Below are positions 54,141 to 54,627 of a stretch of 54,627 nt of DNA, one piece after another. Position numbers and translations under genes: made by a program. The DNA comes from a virus. Every line of letters starts with the position of its first letter. The first letter of the stretch is position 1. Under the pieces are notes generated by a model. It searched no databases. It saw nothing but the letters and a program-made list of their open reading frames with translations, and was not told the DNA's origin. Where the stretch lies: the IMG/VR virus record IMGVR_UViG_3300045988_061949; one strand, 5' to 3'.

Positions 54141-54627
54141 ATGCAAATGGTACACAATGAAAATTATATAACAATCCAAGGTTGGATGATTAATGAATTA
54201 GGATTAAAAGGAAACTCATTGATTATATATGCTACTATTTATGGATTTTCTCAAACTAATAATTGTGAATTTACAGGCAGTGCTAATTATTTAGCTCAAT
54301 GGTGTGGGTGTTCCAGACAGACAGTTATGACAGTACTTAATAAGCTGATTGCAGACAATTTGATTATAAAACATGAAGAATTTAGAAACAATGTCAAGTT
54401 TTGCTCATATGGTGTAAATTTGACAGGATGTCAAAATTCTTTACAAGGGGATGTCAAAAAATTTGACAAGGGAATGTCAAAAAATTTGACAGGGGGATGT
54501 CAAAATTCTTTACATAATAATATAGATAAAAACAATAGAAATAAAAATATAGAAGATATTATAGATAAGAAAAATTCTAAAAAGAAATCTAAAATTGATA
54601 TTAAAATCGAATCTATAGAAAAAAAAT
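54141..54627 (+). CDS. N-terminal part of the replication initiator / replisome organizer. It continues at base 2 across the junction.
   Basis: AAGGAGAA RBS. wHTH-like N-terminus (SANYLAQWCGCSRQTVMTVLNKLIADNLI). The frame is still open at the window end. Confidence 0.75.
   Translation, partial: MQMVHNENYITIQGWMINELGLKGNSLIIYATIYGFSQTNNCEFTGSANYLAQWCGCSRQTVMTVLNKLIADNLIIKHEEFRNNVKFCSYGVNLTGCQNSLQGDVKKFDKGMSKNLTGGCQNSLHNNIDKNNRNKNIEDIIDKKNSKKKSKIDIKIESIEKK
54428..54516. repeat. Four iterons with an exact 23-bp period (ATGTCAAAA cores at 54428, 54451, 54474 and 54497). They are built from TTGACA/TGTCAA inverted pairs.
   Basis: Positions counted directly. A fifth, partial copy (ATGTCAAG) starts at about 54390. 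Confidence 0.85.
54539..54627. repeat. Second copy of the 89-bp terminal repeat
   Basis: Identical to 1-89. Confidence 0.95.

Noticed and set aside
54389-54516. A CRISPR-like array
   Set aside because: The repeats are contiguous 23-bp units with no spacers and lie inside a coding sequence. They fit iterons, not CRISPR.

Overview
The window is a complete, AT-rich tailed-phage genome. Bases 1-89 are identical to 54539-54627, so the unique length is 54538 bp, and one gene (54141 onward, ending at 421) runs across that junction. Every gene I can support is on the + strand. I found no integrase, repressor, CRISPR array, transposase or reverse transcriptase.

Gene order:
- Replication initiator with internal iterons, DnaC-like loader, DnaB helicase and DnaG primase.
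- Two tRNA-type elements.
- SSB-like protein and a family-A DNA polymerase.
- A 7-deazaguanine cluster: DpdA-like transglycosylase, class I methyltransferase, QueD, QueE and FolE.
- Beta-clamp.
- Cas4-like and RuvC-like nucleases and a RecA-like recombinase, among many small ORFs.
- Clamp loader (DnaX-, HolB- and HolA-like).
- SleB-like hydrolase.
- TerS/TerL, portal, MuF-like head protein, scaffold, capsid, connectors, tail, tape measure, baseplate and fibre.
- Endolysin and holins.
- A small accessory island.
- SNF2 helicase and early genes.

Most interesting points:
1. The deazaguanine pathway has no QueC/QueF/Gat anywhere in the genome, but has a small-molecule-type SAM methyltransferase next to DpdA. 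This predicts a carboxy-deazaguanine (CDG)-derived DNA base, possibly further methylated.
2. DpdA, the methyltransferase and a third ORF all end in the same basic K-K-x-L-F tail. With the phage-encoded clamp and clamp loader, this suggests clamp tethering.
3. A perfect TTGACA-N17-TACAAT promoter occurs seven times, each flanked by ATGTAT/ATACAT boxes.
4. There are DnaA-box-like arrays and iterons.
5. Duplicated gene junctions mark cassette insertions.
6. The fibre gene has an adenine-depleted, DGR-variable-region-like 3' end with no cognate template repeat or reverse transcriptase.
7. An HTH ORF has no canonical start and lies in frame behind an Arg-rich mini-ORF and TAA-TAA.

All functional calls rest on motifs read by eye. 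No database search was run.
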